NCBI GenBank assembly: GCA_964220215.1
Contig: CAXPTH010000003.1
Coordinates: forward strand, 5,246-69,245
Length of the DNA stretch: 64,000 nucleotides
Source of the DNA: Alteromonas sp.
GTDB taxonomy: Bacteria > Margulisbacteria > Marinamargulisbacteria > UBA6595
Direction: 5' to 3'
Shown piece after piece: positions 59,228 to 64,000 of the stretch (within the stretch, counting starts at the first letter, position 1; every line of letters begins with the position of its first letter). The notes beneath the pieces were generated by a model that made no database searches, had not been told where the DNA came from, and worked only from the letters and a program-made list of their open reading frames with translations. The position numbers and the translations under genes were made by a program.

Positions 59228-59889
59228 TGAGTATTCGCATTATGCTGGATGCTACGGGGTCCACTCAAGACCATTTAGACCAGGATAATGCGAATTTAAC
59301 AGCATTGGACCAGAATCCAAATCAAGGGGGAATCCTGCGTTTTTGGGAATCGGATACCTATTGTGTTGTGCTGGGTCGCTCGGGGTCTATTGAGGATGAC
59401 GTGTATGCATCACGCTGTGACACCGATTCTGTGCCCGTAATCCGTCGCAGCAGTGGCGGTGGAACAGTCTTACAGGGCCCTGGGTGCTTGAGTTATTCAT
59501 TAATCATGCCCATTCAGGCCCATGGCGCATTTAAAACCATTGGTAGTACCAATACTTTTATAATGCAAACAATGGCCGATAGTTTTCGCACTGATTTATC
59601 GACGGTATCGGTTCAGGGGCATACGGATCTAACGATTGGGATGAATAAATTCTCAGGCAACGCACAACGACGATTGCGCCATGCCTTATTGTTTCATGGC
59701 ACTATTTTATATGACTTTGATTTGGATAAAATCAGCTATTATCTCAAGCAACCACCCAAACAGCCCGAGTATCGAAACAATCGACCGCATGGCAATTTTA
59801 TTGTCAATTGCAAGCTATCTAGAAATCAGATTTGCGACTGCTTAACACACGCATGGACAAGCGTCCCAATGCACACTCGTCTGGAATAA
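59221..59889 (+). CDS. BPL/LplA/LipB-family lipoate (octanoate) protein ligase-like
   Basis: RRSSGGGTVLQGPG and the following lysine region; 222 aa (catalytic domain only). Confidence 0.6.
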   Translation: MLMSIRIMLDATGSTQDHLDQDNANLTALDQNPNQGGILRFWESDTYCVVLGRSGSIEDDVYASRCDTDSVPVIRRSSGGGTVLQGPGCLSYSLIMPIQAHGAFKTIGSTNTFIMQTMADSFRTDLSTVSVQGHTDLTIGMNKFSGNAQRRLRHALLFHGTILYDFDLDKISYYLKQPPKQPEYRNNRPHGNFIVNCKLSRNQICDCLTHAWTSVPMHTRLE

Positions 59890-59977
59890 AAAACTATGCT
59901 AGACTGTAACTTAATCACTCAGATTTGGAGGTTTAGTTATTAATTTATTTATTTTTATTGGAATCTTTGCACTTGGT

Positions 59978-61117
59978 GTGCTGAGCGCTTTTTCATATAG
60001 CAATCAAGCGGTTACCCTTAATATAGATGTTTCAAAAATCGAAATCCGAAACGATCTTGGATCCTTCCTTGATGGGCAAAAAACAGTGGTGGGTTATGCC
60101 TTTGTTGAGTCTGATTTTGAAGTCGAACTGGATCCTCGGTTTTCAATCAAATCCAAAGCCGCTTTTGAACCTATTTACGCAAGACAATACTATCACAAAC
60201 ACTATTCCAACAATGTGTTTTTTAAAGATCAGGGCCTTTACATTAAAGATTTGTACGCAAATTATGGATCCAAAGAAGGCTCGGTATTTTTAGGTAAGTT
60301 CGCCCCTGAATTTGGTAAAGCCTTCAACGACGATTCGGGAATTTGGAGCAACTTAGGCCTTCCACAAAAATATGAAGTCTATGAACAAATTGGAATTGGC
60401 GGCCGTAAACACACCCGATGGTTACGCAACACCCAGCCGTTAACACTATCTGCCAGCCTATTTAAACCCGATACAACCCCATTGCAACATTCATGGTTCG
60501 TCGATCGATACACAGAAGACCCACCCAGCATGAAAACAAAAGAATTGGAATCTATGGCCATACAAGCAAGTAGCCGTTACAATGATTTGTTTGATTATTA
60601 TCTAGGCTATCGGTCCATTGCGCATCCAAAAGCATCCCATGAAACGGGGTATGTGGTGGGTATCGTTGGGGATGCCATGGTCAATGGTATGGCGGTAAGT
60701 CGACTACTCGAATATACGCATTTGATTAATCATGATGGGCGTGATGCGATATCAAGTTATTGGACATATAGTGTGCATGGGGAAAAAGATTTTCGATTGT
60801 ATTCAATCGCCTATACAAACTATGAAAGTGCGGATGATCAAGCCTCCCAGTTTCAAGTATCCACCGGCTATCGATTTAAAAATAATGTGGTTTGGGATAT
60901 TGGAATTCAGTACACAACGGGTAAGCAAAAAGAATGGTATATTGGCAGTCGGCTTTCAATTCCAATCCAATCCTATACACGGTCCGTCGCATTGGAAACC
61001 ACATATGAAAACTATGAACCATTGGTTCAGAACGGTTCAACATCCGACTCAAGCTATCGCCCAGATACTAACATAGCAGATACGGCATCGCCAACCCCAT
61101 TTCCCGGCTTTTATTAA
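59978..61117 (+). CDS. putative outer-membrane beta-barrel protein
   Basis: Beta-rich, terminal ...FPGFY aromatic residue. A signal-peptide-like segment (LFIFIGIFALGVLSAFSYS) lies in frame upstream of the GTG but has no canonical start. Confidence 0.45.
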   Translation: MLSAFSYSNQAVTLNIDVSKIEIRNDLGSFLDGQKTVVGYAFVESDFEVELDPRFSIKSKAAFEPIYARQYYHKHYSNNVFFKDQGLYIKDLYANYGSKEGSVFLGKFAPEFGKAFNDDSGIWSNLGLPQKYEVYEQIGIGGRKHTRWLRNTQPLTLSASLFKPDTTPLQHSWFVDRYTEDPPSMKTKELESMAIQASSRYNDLFDYYLGYRSIAHPKASHETGYVVGIVGDAMVNGMAVSRLLEYTHLINHDGRDAISSYWTYSVHGEKDFRLYSIAYTNYESADDQASQFQVSTGYRFKNNVVWDIGIQYTTGKQKEWYIGSRLSIPIQSYTRSVALETTYENYEPLVQNGSTSDSSYRPDTNIADTASPTPFPGFY

Positions 61118-61750
61118 TTAGAATAGTTTTTCAGCTAAATCATGAATAAGCGCACGCTCGGAATCCGATTTTGCGACCAATAACGCATGATCAATGGATT
61201 TTTTTGCATTATCACGATCCTGACAATGCATAAACGCAATCGCTAAATTATAAAAAATCATCGTGTCCCGGGGGGCTAACTGAGCCGCTCGCTTCAAGTA
61301 ATCCAATGCCGATAAATACGCTTTTTTTCCGGCATACAAACTGGCCAATCGTTTATACGCCAACAGCACCTTAGGATGCGTATCAATAATGGATTGATAG
61401 GTCTCTATCGCAAGATCATCGAGCTGTTTTGCGGCATAAAAATGCCCCAACTCTAGGCGTATTTTAGGATCATTGGGTTTGTCTTTAAGCGCTGCTTGAA
61501 TACTTAAAAATATAGGATCTAATTTATAATTTGTTTTTTCCGATAACTCAATACTGCCTTGGGTGCGTGTTGGTGCTTCAGGCATTTTCTTAGTGCCCAC
61601 AGCGTGCTGTGGCGATAACTTCACAATTTCGCTGCCAAAATAGACCAATTGTTCGTTGCACTGTGGGCATAAAAATTCCAAGTTATCAACAACAGCATCG
61701 GCATCATTCACCGATTGATTGCACTTTTTACAAAACTGCTTGCCCATCAC
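61118..61750 (-). CDS. TPR-repeat protein with N-terminal zinc ribbon
   Basis: CKKC...CPQC then TPR helices (AIAFMHCQDRDNAKKSIDHA...). Confidence 0.55.
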   Translation of the reverse strand: MMGKQFCKKCNQSVNDADAVVDNLEFLCPQCNEQLVYFGSEIVKLSPQHAVGTKKMPEAPTRTQGSIELSEKTNYKLDPIFLSIQAALKDKPNDPKIRLELGHFYAAKQLDDLAIETYQSIIDTHPKVLLAYKRLASLYAGKKAYLSALDYLKRAAQLAPRDTMIFYNLAIAFMHCQDRDNAKKSIDHALLVAKSDSERALIHDLAEKLF

Positions 61751-62630
61751 TCAAGGCCCCAATGCGATAATGGTATTCCGTTAAAAACCAGGTCCCTAGT
61801 TTTTTTTGCCATTGAAATCGACCCTGATCCGCATAATGCTTGGCCAACCGATACCAACAACTGGTTGGTGTTATGCGCTTCGCTAAACCCATAGCCAGTG
61901 CATTAAAGCCTAAAAAGCATTTTAACTCTGGATGCTTGGCCATAAAAATAAGCGCCGATTTTCCCTTTTCTTCATGCCGACTTAACTCGGCCACAGAATC
62001 AACAATATGATAATGATAGTTGATTGAAGTCGGCAAATACAGCAAGGGGATATTGAGCTGATGCAAGCGATACCCCAGCTCCAAATCTTCCCATCCATAG
62101 CCTTTAAAATCGGTTGAAAAGCCATTGACATGATGAAATAGATGCGTGGGGATGGACACATTGCCGGTTAAAAAATAATACCACCCTAAGGGCTTTTGCT
62201 TCTTCAAAACTTTACCAATTTGAGGCGTCATGCCTGTCAAATTTAGAGGCCATTCAAGTGTTTTTAAATTAAAGGCAGCCCCTTCAAAACAGGTCGGATC
62301 TTGGGTAGCGTCATGCGCCTTAATATGCGCTTGAATAAAATTTTCATCGGGAATCATATCCGCATCGGTAATCAATAAATACGCTCCGGAGGCTTGTTGC
62401 GCCGCGTAGTTACGGGCATACGCCTTTCCTTGATTTTCAATACAATGGTATTGAATGGGTAGCATTGAAAAATCAGCGACAATATCGGCTGTATTATCGG
62501 TGGAACTGGAATCGGCAATAATAATTTCAAATTGATCGCTCGGCACAGTTTGCTGGGTATAGCCACCCAACACTTTGCGCAATAAATGCCCTTGATTGTA
62601 TGTACCAATAATAACTGAAATAAGAATCAT
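61728..62630 (-). CDS. family 2 glycosyltransferase
   Basis: ISVIIGTYNQGHLL...IIADSSSTDNT...ITDADM GT-A motifs. Confidence 0.7.
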   Translation of the reverse strand: MILISVIIGTYNQGHLLRKVLGGYTQQTVPSDQFEIIIADSSSTDNTADIVADFSMLPIQYHCIENQGKAYARNYAAQQASGAYLLITDADMIPDENFIQAHIKAHDATQDPTCFEGAAFNLKTLEWPLNLTGMTPQIGKVLKKQKPLGWYYFLTGNVSIPTHLFHHVNGFSTDFKGYGWEDLELGYRLHQLNIPLLYLPTSINYHYHIVDSVAELSRHEEKGKSALIFMAKHPELKCFLGFNALAMGLAKRITPTSCWYRLAKHYADQGRFQWQKKLGTWFLTEYHYRIGALSDGQAVL

Positions 62631-63160
62631 GGTTGAAACAATGCCGCTGCTTTATCTTTGTCTGACAACTGAATGGGATGGTCTAATAACGGCCAATCAA
62701 TGCCCAGTGTTGGGTCATCCCATCGAATGGCTCGTTCGGATTCTTTATGGTACACCGCATCGCATTTGTATACCACATCCGCTAGATCACTCAACACATA
62801 AAACCCGTGGGCAAATCCGTGTGGAATGATCAACATATGCCGATTCTCATCCGATAAATGCACGCCCACCCATTGCCCATAAGTACTAGACTCTGGCCGA
62901 ATATCCACAGCAACATCAAAAATATGCCCACGAACAACATGGACCCATTTGGATTGTGCATGGGGGGCAATCTGATAATGCAATCCCCGTAACGTTCCCT
63001 GAGCGGATCGGGATATATTTTCTTGCTGAATAGGCATATGAATGCCGTATGCACGGAGTTTTTCAGCATGAATGTTTTCATAAAAAAAGCCCCGTGAATC
63101 ACTCAAAATAGTGGGCTGAATTAATTTAATATCGGGAATATGAGTATCAATAATCTTCAT
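62627..63160 (-). CDS. rfbC: dTDP-4-dehydrorhamnose 3,5-epimerase (RmlC-type cupin)
   Basis: LSDSRGFF...GTLRGLHYQ...FDVAVDIR RmlC motifs; 177 aa. Confidence 0.8.
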   Translation of the reverse strand: MKIIDTHIPDIKLIQPTILSDSRGFFYENIHAEKLRAYGIHMPIQQENISRSAQGTLRGLHYQIAPHAQSKWVHVVRGHIFDVAVDIRPESSTYGQWVGVHLSDENRHMLIIPHGFAHGFYVLSDLADVVYKCDAVYHKESERAIRWDDPTLGIDWPLLDHPIQLSDKDKAAALFQP

Positions 63161-64000
63161 AATGCCGTATCCGTTAACGACCCCATAATCGTGCGGGCAT
63201 GTTGAATAACACTATCGGGAAGCCCAGCCATTGTTGCCACATGAATCCCATAACTGCGATTGGCATGCCCAGGTTCCAACTGATAGGTAAACGTAATGGA
63301 TGAATCCGATTCAATGATTCCCATTTTATAACAGCATACCCGGGCTAAATCTTGCGTCAACTCCACCAACTCATGGTAATGCGTGGCAAACAATGTTCGT
63401 GCGCGAATTGTATTATGAATATAGTGCGTCATGGCAGTGGCTAAGCTTAGGCCATCGTATGTGGCCGTTCCCCGGCCAATCTCATCCAATAAAATCAAAC
63501 TGTTTTCCGTGGCTTGATTTAAAATAGCGGCACTTTCGAGCATTTCAACCATAAAGGTGCTGTGCCCTGCATACAAATTGTCCATGGCACCAATACGAGT
63601 AAATAAATGATCCACTGGGCCAAACTGGCATACCGATGCGGGAACAAAACTACCCATTTGCGCCATGACAATACACACGGCGACTTGGCGCATAATTGTG
63701 GACTTGCCCGCCATATTGGGGCCGGTAATAAGCCCTAAATTTCCCGATTCATTGGATAACGTGACGCTATTCGAAATAAAGGTTATATCCGATTGTCGCG
63801 CTAAAATAGGGTGATAACTATCACTCAAATGCAAGACCGGTTCGGCCAATACGTGGGGGCGCGTGTACCCATACTCGTGCGCCACTGTGGCTAAACTTTG
63901 AATGACATCCAACTGGGCGATCACTTGCGCCAATGCCTGCATCTCTGCAACATGGGGGGTTAGCGTGTCAATTAATTGATTGTACACACTGGTTTCTCGA
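63157..64000 (-). CDS. mutS: DNA mismatch repair protein MutS, C-terminal portion (gene continues beyond the window edge)
   Basis: GPNMAGKSTIMRQVA Walker A, ...STFMVEM..., LILLDEIGRGT, THYHEL. The reading frame is open to coordinate 64000. Confidence 0.85.
   Translation of the reverse strand, partial: RETSVYNQLIDTLTPHVAEMQALAQVIAQLDVIQSLATVAHEYGYTRPHVLAEPVLHLSDSYHPILARQSDITFISNSVTLSNESGNLGLITGPNMAGKSTIMRQVAVCIVMAQMGSFVPASVCQFGPVDHLFTRIGAMDNLYAGHSTFMVEMLESAAILNQATENSLILLDEIGRGTATYDGLSLATAMTHYIHNTIRARTLFATHYHELVELTQDLARVCCYKMGIIESDSSITFTYQLEPGHANRSYGIHVATMAGLPDSVIQHARTIMGSLTDTAL

Noticed and set aside
1-64000. Gammaproteobacterial (Legionella/Coxiella-like) assignment suggested by the eukaryote-like genes and lpxB
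   Set aside because: The sdh locus is SdhCAB with a single 5-TM cytochrome b and a type-B flavoprotein N-terminus, unlike the SdhCDAB of those groups. Lineage left open.

Overview
This 64-kb window is dense bacterial chromosome, roughly 47-48% GC and mostly Shine-Dalgarno-led, with about 60 protein genes and no rRNA, tRNA, CRISPR array or IS/transposase that I can support. The lineage is uncertain. The succinate dehydrogenase has a single 5-TM cytochrome b (SdhCAB, type-B SQR) sitting next to an LDH-like mdh, and lpxB is present. Together with the accessory content, this suggests a Gram-negative, probably host- or amoeba-associated organism outside the classical Gamma/Betaproteobacteria; I cannot name it from sequence alone.

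The housekeeping backbone is readable. On the minus strand at 1906-10332 runs pyrH-frr-uppS-cdsA-dxr-dprA plus an odd four-gene operon (features at those coordinates). The rest of the backbone is:
- lpxB, prs, pckA (ATP-type) and menA.
- metW-metX, mnmA and miaB.
- mrp/apbC, der and ispF.
- sppA, mdh, sdhCAB, pyrG, purF, rfbC and the 3' part of mutS running off the window edge.

Several unusual islands sit between these:
1. A convergent pair of FIST-domain paralogs flanks a class III nucleotide cyclase and a metallo-beta-lactamase-fold protein that carries a class II cNMP-phosphodiesterase-like HxHxDH motif. Together these look like a self-contained cyclic-nucleotide signalling module.
2. A translationally coupled ParB/Srx-like protein plus an SPL-family radical SAM enzyme.
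3. A prolyl-4-hydroxylase-like 2OG-Fe(II) oxygenase overlapping a PNP_UDP-like/GT2 fusion glycosyltransferase.
4. A 1359-aa AT-rich, coiled-coil and mucin-like (Thr/Pro-rich) repeat protein with internal ~200-bp tandem repeats and an (EARA)n 12-bp simple-sequence repeat.
5. A decaying eukaryote-like DUF4116 repeat gene (A7 frameshift, 13-bp tandem duplication, split by an inverse hexapeptide-repeat gene).
6. A eukaryotic-type UDP-sugar pyrophosphorylase (UDPGP family) coupled to crcB.
7. A remnant of a Bat/aerotolerance-type vWA operon without its MoxR ATPase.
8. A giant (1104 aa) membrane protein with a CPBP protease-like core.

All functional calls are from motif recognition by eye; no database searches were run.
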